Shown: positions 1 through 8,621 of the stretch, piece by piece
Layout: each line of letters opens with the position of its first letter
Position numbering within the stretch: the stretch's first letter is position 1
DNA from: Candidatus Versatilivorator sp.
Lineage (GTDB): Bacteria; Acidobacteriota; Terriglobia; Versatilivoradales; Versatilivoraceae
Direction of reading: 5' to 3'
DNA: 64,000 nt
NCBI GenBank assembly: GCA_965207735.1
Contig: OZ242296.1
Coordinates: 1,344,001-1,408,000, forward strand
Notes under the pieces: generated by a model
The model's input: the letters and a program-made list of their open reading frames with translations, nothing else
Databases searched by the model: none
Told to the model about the DNA's origin: nothing
Translations under genes and position numbers: made by a program

Positions 1-67
1 GCCGACGAGGTCCACGCGTTGGGAGAAAACCGATAGCCCGTATTTCTCACCGGAGCCGGGGTGTATC

Positions 68-997
68 ATGAAAAGGGGCTTGTTTTCAGTATCTTATCGA
101 CCATTTCCAGCGAATCTTCGCTCGAGAGCCGTGCCCGGCACACTCCCTGGGGAAAAACGTCAGCCAGCCGCCGATGAGAGGTGTCTCAATCGTCGGTTCG
201 GCATCCCCGCGAGCGCGGCGGCGCGATTATTCCTTGTTGCGGCCTTCTTCCTGACCTGGATAACTGTCGGTAGCGCCCAGCAACGGGAAAACACCAATCC
301 CCACACCACACCGGAAGACGTTGCCGCGGGGGGCCGTATCTATCGCTCCCATTGCGTCGAATGCCACGGTCGCGACGGAACGGGGGGCCGCGGGCCCGAT
401 ATTACGCGGGGAGACCTGCGCTATGGAAACAGCGATGCTGCGTTGGCCGACACCATCTCGACCGGGATTCCGGGCACCTCAATGCCGCTGTTCTTCTTCA
501 ACGGCAAGCAGCTCTGGCAGATTGTGGCATTCGTGCAATCGCTCCGGCGAGACGAACCTCAGCCCCCGGGAGACCCTGCCGCGGGCGCTGCAATTTTTCG
601 CGGCAAGGGAGGCTGCGTCGCCTGCCACATGGTGGACGGTCAGGGTGGACGCCAGGGGCCCGATCTGACAACCGTCGGCGCCAGGCGCTCGCTTCGCCAC
701 CTGCGGAGCGCCGTCCTTGACCCCGACCAATGGGTTCATCCCCGCGACTGGAAGATTCAGGCCAAAACAAGGAGCGGTGCGCCGGTGGAAGGAGTGCGGC
801 TCAACGAAGACACCCACTCTCTGCAACTGCTGGTCTCCGGCGACAAACTCATCTCGCTGGTCAAGAGCGACCTGGAAAGCTATCGGATCATCAAGTCGTC
901 CGCCATGCCGCCTTATGCCGGCCGATTGAGTCAAAGCGAGCTGGATGACCTGGTGGCTTACCTCTACACGCTTCGTGGAAAGGGGGTATCCCCGTGA
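68..997 (+). CDS. Di-haem c-type cytochrome with C-terminal putative haem-binding domain; partner of the adjacent PQQ dehydrogenase (start codon uncertain)
   Basis: Two CxxCH motifs (CVECH, CVACH), GPDL motifs, C-terminal SxMP, hydrophobic signal-like stretch; stop overlaps the next start (GTGA). Confidence 0.85.
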   Translation: MKRGLFSVSYRPFPANLRSRAVPGTLPGEKRQPAADERCLNRRFGIPASAAARLFLVAAFFLTWITVGSAQQRENTNPHTTPEDVAAGGRIYRSHCVECHGRDGTGGRGPDITRGDLRYGNSDAALADTISTGIPGTSMPLFFFNGKQLWQIVAFVQSLRRDEPQPPGDPAAGAAIFRGKGGCVACHMVDGQGGRQGPDLTTVGARRSLRHLRSAVLDPDQWVHPRDWKIQAKTRSGAPVEGVRLNEDTHSLQLLVSGDKLISLVKSDLESYRIIKSSAMPPYAGRLSQSELDDLVAYLYTLRGKGVSP

Positions 998-2601
998 AGA
1001 TACTGTCAACTGTCGCGCTCACAATTCTGTGGAGTGGAAGCCTCCTTGGGCAGGTCAGCTACCAGCGGCTCCTGAACGCCGACGACGAGCCGGGCAATTG
1101 GTTGACCTATTCCAGAACCTACAACAGCCAACGGTACAGCCACCTGGATCAGATCCGGAGGGACAACGTCAACAACCTGGAGCTGAAGTGGGTTTTCCAG
1201 GCCAAGTCTCTCGAGAACTTCGAGGCGACCCCTCTGGTAGTGGATGGGGTCATGTATCTGACCCGACCGCCCAATGTGGTGGTCGCGCTGGATGCCCGGA
1301 CCGGACGCGTTTTCTGGACCTACCACCACAAGGTTCCAAAGGAAGTCAGCGTGTGCTGCGGCCTGGTCAACCGAGGGTTGGCCATCCTGGACGACCTTCT
1401 CTTCCTGGGCACGCTGGACGCCCGCCTGCAAGCCATCGATGCCAAGACCGGTTCCCTGGTGTGGGACGTGAAGCTGGCGGACTTCCGGGACGGCTATGCG
1501 GTCACCATGGCCCCGCTCGCGGTCAAGGACAAGGTGATTGTAGGCATGGCCGGGGGAGAGTACGGCATTCGCGGTTTCCTGGAAGCCTACGAAGCCAAGA
1601 CCGGCAAGAGAGCCTGGCGCTTTCATACCATCCCGGGCCCCGGCGAACCGGGGAACGATACCTGGGAGGGGGACTCCTGGAAAACCGGCGGGGGATCGGC
1701 CTGGCTGACGGGCTCCTTCGACCCGGAACTGAACCTGCTCTATTGGGGAATCGGGAATCCCGGCCCCGATTGGAACGGTGACGTGCGCAAGGGCGACAAT
1801 CTCTATTCCGACTCGGTGGTGGCCCTGAATCCCGACAACGGCCGGCTTCAATGGCATTTCCAGTTCACCCCCCACGACCTCTGGGACTACGATGCCGTGC
1901 AGATTCCCGTCCTGGTCGACATGGAATTCGGCGGCCGGGAGCGCAAGCTGATGCTGTGGGGGAACCGAAACGGTTTCTACTACGTTCTGGACCGAACGGA
2001 TGGCAGCTTCCTGCTGGGAAAGGCCTTCGCCCACCAGACGTGGGCCGAAGGCCTGGATGAAAACGGACGGCCCATCAAGAGGGCTGGGGCCGAACCCAGT
2101 GTGGAGGGCACCTTGACCTACCCCAGCGTGCAGGGTGCAACCAACTGGTACTCGCCCTCCTACAGCCCCAGATCGGGGCTCTTCTACTTGTCTGCCTGGG
2201 AATATGCCAGCGTCTACTTCAAGGGCGATCCCACCTACGTTCGCGGGAACCGCTACATCGGAAGCTTCCCCAGGGGCGTTTACCCGGACGTCATGGTGGA
2301 CACCGACCCGGGTTACGGCGCCGTGCGGGCCCTGGACCCCAAGACCGGCCAACGCAAGTGGGAATACAAGATGACCAGCGTGACCGAGGGTGGGATTCTG
2401 ACCACTGCCGGCGACGTCCTGTTCTCGGGTAACATGGAGGGGCATGTCTTCGCCCTGGACGTCTTCGACGGCAGCCTCCTGTGGAGCCGCAACCTGGGCG
2501 GGCGGGTCATCAGTTCACCCATCACCTACCTGGTCGACGACAAACAGCACTATTCCATCGTTGCCGGGAATTCCCTCTACACCTTTGTTCTGAAGGATTG
2601 A
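994..2601 (+). CDS. PQQ-dependent dehydrogenase, methanol/ethanol family
   Basis: Signal peptide, Trp-docking repeats, vicinal CC (VCCGLVNRG), GGEYGIRG, GNPGPDW and PHDLWDYD motifs. Confidence 0.92.
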   Translation: MKILSTVALTILWSGSLLGQVSYQRLLNADDEPGNWLTYSRTYNSQRYSHLDQIRRDNVNNLELKWVFQAKSLENFEATPLVVDGVMYLTRPPNVVVALDARTGRVFWTYHHKVPKEVSVCCGLVNRGLAILDDLLFLGTLDARLQAIDAKTGSLVWDVKLADFRDGYAVTMAPLAVKDKVIVGMAGGEYGIRGFLEAYEAKTGKRAWRFHTIPGPGEPGNDTWEGDSWKTGGGSAWLTGSFDPELNLLYWGIGNPGPDWNGDVRKGDNLYSDSVVALNPDNGRLQWHFQFTPHDLWDYDAVQIPVLVDMEFGGRERKLMLWGNRNGFYYVLDRTDGSFLLGKAFAHQTWAEGLDENGRPIKRAGAEPSVEGTLTYPSVQGATNWYSPSYSPRSGLFYLSAWEYASVYFKGDPTYVRGNRYIGSFPRGVYPDVMVDTDPGYGAVRALDPKTGQRKWEYKMTSVTEGGILTTAGDVLFSGNMEGHVFALDVFDGSLLWSRNLGGRVISSPITYLVDDKQHYSIVAGNSLYTFVLKD

Positions 2602-2639
2602 ACGCTGCTCCATTGCCTGAAACAGCTCCCGTCATCGGG

Positions 2640-2985
2640 CGTCGGGAACCCGGTTCAATGTCAAGCATGGGTAGATGGTTTATTAACATGGATGGACAGG
2701 ATATACAGGATTTTTGGCGAGAGTTACCACCTTCTTGAGTTCAACCATCGCCCATGCTTCAAAGAGGATTCCAAGACCCGCCCCCGGCTCAGGGAACACC
2801 TCGAAGCCTCACCCGATCATTGAGCACAACCGCTTTTTGTGCCGTAGCGTCTCGTCCCGTTAATCCTGTCTATCCTGTGTATCCATGTTCAAAATGTAGA
2901 AAACCGGTTTAGCGGAACGTGGCACTTATTCCCGATAGGCCCGAAAGGCCGTTGTATCACTCTCGAGTGATCCGCACGGCAGGAC
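2640..2985. repeat. Composite intergenic repeat: module B (30-bp inverted arms 2683-2712 / 2862-2892) plus a partial 58-bp linker (2952-2983)
   Basis: TTAACATGGATGGACAGGATATACAGGATT ... AATCCTGTCTATCCTGTGTATCCATGTTCAA; homologous to 52002-52159, 52336-52494 and 25960-26105. Confidence 0.85.
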
Positions 2986-3054
2986 GGCGGCGACTGAACA
3001 GCGGCGCTCGACCAAGCCAATGATCCCTGTTCTCCACATCTTCTGAGGAACTCC

Positions 3055-4386
3055 ATGCTGAATGGAATCTTCGTCGTAATCGTCCTGTTTTCCATCCTGA
3101 TGGCGGCCTTTTCGGGACGCATGGAGATGCTGAGCCAGGCCGTGCTGGAGTCGGCCCGCTCGGCTGTCACCCTGGCCCTGGGTCTCATCGGTGTCATGGC
3201 TTTTTTCCTGGGCCTCATGCGAGTGGCCTCGGACGGGGGCCTCTTGCGCATCATGGCCCGTGCCGTGTATCCGGTGATGCGATTCCTCTTCCCGGCCATC
3301 CCCAAGGATCATCCCGCCATGAGCGCCATGATCCTGAACATCACCTCCAACCTCCTTGGACTGGGGAACGCCGCGACTCCCTTCGGACTCAAGGCCATGA
3401 TGGAACTGGACCGGCTCAACAACGAAAAGGGCACCGCAACCGACGCCATGGTGCTCTTCCTGGCCCTCAATACCTCCGGCCTGGCGCTGCTGCCCCTGGG
3501 TGTCATCAGCTTGAGAGCCGCGGCCGGTTCTCAGGATGCCGCGGGAATCATGGCAACCACCTGGTTTGCCAGTGGATGCGCCACCGTAGCCGCCATTTTG
3601 GCGGCAAGCCTGCTGTCCCGCACCTCACGCTACCGCTTGGCCAAAACGATTCCTGCCCAGGTTGAACAGGAGCGGCCGGCTGAATCCCCCGCCTCCGATC
3701 AGGCCCAGCCGGAAGACCTGTCCCCGCTAGGCCAGTCCCAACCGGAACTGACTCCTCCCCGCTGGGGCAAGCCGGTAGTCCTCCTTTTCTGGCTGGCTTT
3801 GTTGACCGCTCTGACTTTTCATATCCTGAGACAGATGACTATCACCCCAACTCTGGACCTGGTACGGAGCATCATGTCTTTCTGGATGCTTCCGGCTCTG
3901 ATCGCGGGGCTGGTGCTGTTCGGATGGACCCGAGGCGTCAAGGTCTATGAATCTCTGGTGGAAGGAGCCAAGGAGGGGTTCCAGGTTGCCGTGAAAATCA
4001 TTCCCTACCTGGTCGCCATCCTGGTGGCCATCGGAATTTTTCGGGCATCGGGGGGCTTGGAACTGTTGGCCAAGGCGATCGGCCCGCTCACCAACCTGAT
4101 CGGCATGCCCGCCGAAGCCTTGCCCGTGGCCCTGGTGCGGCCGCTCTCCGGCAGCGGGGCGCTGGGAGTGATGACCGAGATCATGAACGCCCAGGGGCCG
4201 GACTCCTTCACCGGTTACATGGTCTGTACCTTTAACGGAAGCACCGACACCACCTTCTACATTCTGGCGGTGTACTTTGGCTCGATCGGCATCAAGAGGA
4301 CCCGCCACGCCCTGCCGGCCTGCCTGACCGCGGATGTGACCGGCATCCTGGCGGCAGTCCTGATTGTGAACCTGCTGTTCGGATAG
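3055..4386 (+). CDS. Fused SpmA/SpmB (nucleoside-recognition/Gate domain) membrane protein
   Basis: SpmA motif NLLGLGNAATPFGLKAM; SpmB motifs RPLSGSGA and GSTDTTFYILAVYFGS; multiple TM segments. Confidence 0.88.
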   Translation: MLNGIFVVIVLFSILMAAFSGRMEMLSQAVLESARSAVTLALGLIGVMAFFLGLMRVASDGGLLRIMARAVYPVMRFLFPAIPKDHPAMSAMILNITSNLLGLGNAATPFGLKAMMELDRLNNEKGTATDAMVLFLALNTSGLALLPLGVISLRAAAGSQDAAGIMATTWFASGCATVAAILAASLLSRTSRYRLAKTIPAQVEQERPAESPASDQAQPEDLSPLGQSQPELTPPRWGKPVVLLFWLALLTALTFHILRQMTITPTLDLVRSIMSFWMLPALIAGLVLFGWTRGVKVYESLVEGAKEGFQVAVKIIPYLVAILVAIGIFRASGGLELLAKAIGPLTNLIGMPAEALPVALVRPLSGSGALGVMTEIMNAQGPDSFTGYMVCTFNGSTDTTFYILAVYFGSIGIKRTRHALPACLTADVTGILAAVLIVNLLFG

Positions 4387-4465
4387 TCCGCAGGCAGGCT
4401 TCCTTGCCGAACCGATTGTCCTGAGCAGTCTGTCGGTACCCGAAGCCTTGGATCAGGGAGGCAGC

Positions 4466-5023
4466 ATGGCCCACATTCGAATGATCGCACCGGAAGCAGC
4501 CGAAGGCGCTCTCAAGGCGGAATATGCCTTGGCCATGGGGCGTTCGGGTAAGGTCTTCAACATCCTGAAGATCCAGAGCCTCAATGCTGCCACGCTTCAT
4601 GCCAGCATGGCCCTCTATGTGGCCACCATGCACGGGCCCTCCGGTCTTTCCAGGGCCGAGCGGGAAATGCTGGCCACGGTGGTTTCTCAACTCAACAACT
4701 GCTTCTACTGAATGGAAGGCCACGGGGAGGATCTCCGTGCCCTGACGGGAAATCGATCACTTGCCGAGACCGTCAAGCGAAATTATCGGGACGCCCAGCT
4801 CAGCCCGCGCGAGCGGGCCTTGTGCGAGTTTGCCGAAAAACTCACCCTTCATCCCTCCCGAATGAGCACCGAGGACTGCCAAACGTTGAGAAGGGAGGGG
4901 CTCGACGATCGAGATATCCTGGATGCCGTCGAAGTGATCTCCTACTTCAATTACATTAACCGCGTCGCCGAAGGGTTGGGAGTAGACCTGGAACCTGAAA
5001 TGAAGCGCCCTGCAAAAGAGTGA
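4466..5023 (+). CDS. AhpD/carboxymuconolactone-decarboxylase-like peroxidase-related protein, probable selenoprotein (UGA at 4709-4711)
   Basis: ORFs 4448..4711 and 4712..5023 are in frame; readthrough gives NNCFY-U-MEGH, matching the CxYCxxxH motif of the family; GGAGG RBS before ATG 4466. Confidence 0.85.
4718..4742 (+). promoter_or_regulatory. Candidate bacterial SECIS hairpin
   Basis: GGC-CACGGGGAGGATCTCCGTG-CC stem-loop with a G-containing apical loop about 17-18 nt after the UGA. Confidence 0.65.
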
Positions 5024-5095
5024 TTCCGGCCATCTTGCCGGTGTCCATGATGGTGTACCTGCTCGAATGCACCGCGCTCGGGAGTGAACTGACCG

Positions 5096-6682
5096 ATGAA
5101 CCGACGTCTTGTTCTCGTCCTGATCTGGGGATTGGGCCTGATGTCCGCCGCCCAGTGCAGCCTGTTTCAGGAAGATCTCAGCCGTGTCCGTCTCTCGCTG
5201 GTCGACAGCAAGACCGGCAAACCCGTCCCGGGGGTGATTCGCTGTTTTGTCCAGGGCCAGGAGGAAGCGGTTCCCATCCATGGTCTACTGGAACGGGGAC
5301 AAGGGGTGGGGTCGGTTGCCCTGCAGCAACTGGGCAAACGGCCGCCACGCCGCCCCATCCATGACTGGTACGTTCTGTCCGGGGCCAGCGAAGTGATGCT
5401 GCCCAAGAAGCCCTTGCGCCTGGAAGCCTTCTCGGGCCTCGAAACGGAGATGGCGACTCTCGAGGTCGACCTCAGCAGGAGGGATCGGGCCTCCTTGACC
5501 CTTCCCCTGGAGTCATTCAGCCAAATAAAAGAAAAGAAGTGGTTTGGCGGTAACACTCACCTGCATCTCTTCAAGCTCGACCGGGAAGAAGCTGATCGTT
5601 ACCTGCGCGAAATCCCTGCTGCGGACCGGTTGGACGTTCTGTTTACCTCCTTTTTGATCCGCCCCTCCGAAGACGCCGACTACATTACCAACCGCTACCC
5701 CATCGGTGACCTCACCCAATTCCATTCCACCGGGGTGCTGGTCAACCAGGGTGAGGAGCATCGTCACAACCTGACTCCTTGGAGTGGAGGCTACGGCCAC
5801 GTCATGCTGCTGAACATCAAGAATCTCATCCGGCCGGTCAGCATCGGTCCGGGCATCACGGGGACCGGCACTGACGGGATTCCCCTGCAGCAAGGGATCG
5901 ATGAAGCTCATCGCCAGGGAGGAACGGCCATTTGGTGCCACAACGACTTCGGACTGGAACGGGTGGTCAACTTCGTCCTGGGCAAGGTCGATGCCCAGAA
6001 CATATTCGACGGGCTGTCGCTGGAGGACTATCCCCAATTCGAGGACACCTTTTATCACTACCTGAATGCCGGGCTCAAGGTTCCCTTCTCGACCGGCACC
6101 GATTGGTTCCTGTTCGATCTTGCCAGAGCCTACACCCGGGTTGCGGAACCTTTGGGAATCGCTTCCTGGCTGGAAGCGCTCAAGCAGGGGCGTTCCTTCA
6201 TCACCAATGGACCCCTGTTTCACTTCCTGGTGGAGGACCAATCGATCGGAGATACCGTCTCATTGAGATCCCCCGGAGAGGTCGGAATCGAGGGTCGGGT
6301 GTCGGGGCGGGTCGACTTTGGCCACCTGGAACTGATCCACAACGGCCGGGTGGTCGACCGCATCCCATCCCGAAGGACCGAGGAACACTATTCGGCCGAA
6401 CTGAAGAAAATGTTTCGGGTGGAAGAACCCGGATGGCTGGCGCTGAGAGTCTCCGGGCAGGCCGACAGTGAGTACGGGTTGCCCATCTTCGGACACACTT
6501 CGGCGATCTATCTCGAGGTGGAGGGAAAATCGATCCGGCAGCCCGCCGCGGTGGACCATCTAAGGAGAGAGATTCAGGAGGCGAGAACAACGGTGGCCGA
6601 CGAGGCGCTCTTTGCCACGCCCGAGGAACGAAAGCGAGTACTGGACATCTATGACCAGGGTCTTGCCGCCCTCGAAAAATAA
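5096..6682 (+). CDS. CehA/McbA-family (PHP-like) metallohydrolase, exported
   Basis: Signal peptide; GNTHLH, GEEHRH, YGH, WCH, STGTD and GRSFITNGP motifs. Confidence 0.8.
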   Translation: MNRRLVLVLIWGLGLMSAAQCSLFQEDLSRVRLSLVDSKTGKPVPGVIRCFVQGQEEAVPIHGLLERGQGVGSVALQQLGKRPPRRPIHDWYVLSGASEVMLPKKPLRLEAFSGLETEMATLEVDLSRRDRASLTLPLESFSQIKEKKWFGGNTHLHLFKLDREEADRYLREIPAADRLDVLFTSFLIRPSEDADYITNRYPIGDLTQFHSTGVLVNQGEEHRHNLTPWSGGYGHVMLLNIKNLIRPVSIGPGITGTGTDGIPLQQGIDEAHRQGGTAIWCHNDFGLERVVNFVLGKVDAQNIFDGLSLEDYPQFEDTFYHYLNAGLKVPFSTGTDWFLFDLARAYTRVAEPLGIASWLEALKQGRSFITNGPLFHFLVEDQSIGDTVSLRSPGEVGIEGRVSGRVDFGHLELIHNGRVVDRIPSRRTEEHYSAELKKMFRVEEPGWLALRVSGQADSEYGLPIFGHTSAIYLEVEGKSIRQPAAVDHLRREIQEARTTVADEALFATPEERKRVLDIYDQGLAALEK

Positions 6683-6694
6683 CATCCCGGCTTC

Positions 6695-6787
6695 GAGCAT
6701 CAGTAGCGGCCTGATTAACATGGATGGACAGGATATACAGGATCTCCGGTTGATGATCCGCCCCTTGGCGGATAACTCTTTTCGTCC
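6695..6787. repeat. Solo left arm of module B (6715-6743) plus a reversed module-A-type arm (6761-6787) between convergent genes
   Basis: TTAACATGGATGGACAGGATATACAGGAT identical to 2683-2711; CCCCTTGGCGGATAACTCTTTTCGTC resembles the reverse complement of GACAAAGAAAAAGACTTATCCACGAAGGGG. Confidence 0.75.
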
Positions 6788-8614
6788 TTAGGTGTCCCTC
6801 CTGGATAACTCCTCCTTGGCCCAACGTCCCCAAGCTTCCACGCGTAGCGCCAATTCCCCAAAGAAATCCGCGCCGAAGTTACCACGAATCTCCCCTGCGA
6901 TCCGATCCGCTTCCACGCTCAGGGCGGATAGTGACAAGTCCGCCAGAATAGTGGAGTCTTTCCGAGGACCGCGGGCGGCGGCCAGAATCTTGCCGGTCAG
7001 AACATCGGCTTCGCAAACACCCACCAGTTGCCGGAACAACAGGTCAAGATCCTCGTAGTCGTCGGGAGACAAGACCGCCCGTCCTTCAACTGAGACCTCC
7101 TCCGAACAAAGCCGAGCCAGTCTGAGTCCTTCCACCTTGCGAGAGACCAACTGACACCAACCAATGGTCTCCACGGCCGTGCCTGACGGCATCCAGTCTA
7201 CAACTCTCGAAAAGTCATTGTCCCCCAGTCCTCCGGTGACCTCGAGAATGTCCGGGGGAGGATTCCAGGGCACGGATCCGTGATCCTCAAGGCGGGTGGG
7301 CGGCCATGGCAGGGTCGTATGCTCCATGACGCTGAACGGGTGCCAGTAGCCGCACCACAGCGGAGCGAATATCCCATGCACAATCTGTGGGGTTCGCTCG
7401 AACACCCGGGCCAGCAGGGGACCTGCATCGGCGCCGTAGCGGTCGGCCAGCCACTGCCAGGTGTAGGTCTGCCAACGCCGGGAAGGAGCCAGAAAATCCA
7501 GCCACTCCCCAATCGGTCGATTGTTGGCGGCATCGGAGGCCCAGCGGGAAAATGCGACGGCGTTGGCGGCATTGGGCGAATCGAAGATGGTTCGGTAGCG
7601 ACGCCACTCTCGTCCCGACTCATAGGCGATGCGAGCAGTCACCCCGCCGGGTTGCAGGGCATAGAGGGCATCCAGCCGCTCACAGAAGTGACGAGGGTCC
7701 ACATAGGGAATGTCGGCCCGTCCGTAGTACTCCCCATACACGTCGAACTCGACGATCATGGGTCGCTTCGGGTAGGCGTTGAGGTTGGGATGGGGAACTT
7801 CGGCATTGGTGACGAAGTCGAGCACCACGTTCTTGATGTGAATCCAGACGTCCTCGGAAAGACTCTCCATCGCCTCCTTGAAGATAGACCCCTGCCATTG
7901 ATTCTTGCCCACGGCTCCCCAGTCGCGAATAACCAGAGTCTTGCCTGCCTTGCGGCAAGCCCGTTCCATGGCTCCGAACACGCCGGCCAGCCGAGCAACC
8001 TGGTGAGTCCGGTCGGGCATTTTCAATACCCCGGGAGTTTCCGTGAGCGAGGTTACAACCAGAATGTCGACTTCCGGCGCCACTTCGAAAAACTCGGTGA
8101 GCGTGGCTTCCTCCCAGTCCCGCAGAAAACTCGGATCGCCCGTAGCTGACTCCGGGTATTCCTGAGCGAGCTCGTCCGGAAGATCCCGGCGAACATGGTG
8201 CCAGGCCATGACGTCGAGACCGGAGGCCTTGACCCTGCCGAAGAGGTCCTTCATGTAAGTCAGATCCCGGCTACGATCCTCTAGAGTCGAGACCGCCCCC
8301 CGGCTGTGCAAGTCTTTGTGTCGAGCCAGCTTGGGAAAGTCCCGAAACGTCTGTCCGCAAAGCACCCAGTTCCGGCAGGGAGGCACCGGTGAACTGGTGT
8401 AGGCGTTGGGCAACTGCATGGCCATGTTGGGAAATTCCAGGTGAGTCACGTCGAATCCGGGCGCTTCCCTCGTCGCGCGCTCTGCCGCCTGGGCCAGGTA
8501 GGCCCTGTCGTGGTTGACGAGAAACTGCCAACCTCGTAGACCGAAGGGTCGATGGCTCCCTCTCGATCCGCTCTCTGTTGGATTCACTCGCCTTTCTCCT
8601 TCTCTTGATTCCAT
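6788..8614 (-). CDS. Hypothetical protein, possibly a glycoside-hydrolase-like TIM barrel
   Basis: 608-aa ORF co-oriented with upstream genes; VEFDVYGEYYG and LVIRDW segments recall GH67-like barrels (inference). Confidence 0.65.
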   Translation of the reverse strand: MESREGERRVNPTESGSRGSHRPFGLRGWQFLVNHDRAYLAQAAERATREAPGFDVTHLEFPNMAMQLPNAYTSSPVPPCRNWVLCGQTFRDFPKLARHKDLHSRGAVSTLEDRSRDLTYMKDLFGRVKASGLDVMAWHHVRRDLPDELAQEYPESATGDPSFLRDWEEATLTEFFEVAPEVDILVVTSLTETPGVLKMPDRTHQVARLAGVFGAMERACRKAGKTLVIRDWGAVGKNQWQGSIFKEAMESLSEDVWIHIKNVVLDFVTNAEVPHPNLNAYPKRPMIVEFDVYGEYYGRADIPYVDPRHFCERLDALYALQPGGVTARIAYESGREWRRYRTIFDSPNAANAVAFSRWASDAANNRPIGEWLDFLAPSRRWQTYTWQWLADRYGADAGPLLARVFERTPQIVHGIFAPLWCGYWHPFSVMEHTTLPWPPTRLEDHGSVPWNPPPDILEVTGGLGDNDFSRVVDWMPSGTAVETIGWCQLVSRKVEGLRLARLCSEEVSVEGRAVLSPDDYEDLDLLFRQLVGVCEADVLTGKILAAARGPRKDSTILADLSLSALSVEADRIAGEIRGNFGADFFGELALRVEAWGRWAKEELSRRDT

Positions 8615-8621
8615 AAGCGGG

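Noticed and set aside
4709-4711. Alternative genetic code (UGA = Trp/Gly)
   Set aside because: Many intact genes here end in TGA, and both readthrough sites align with catalytic Cys positions.
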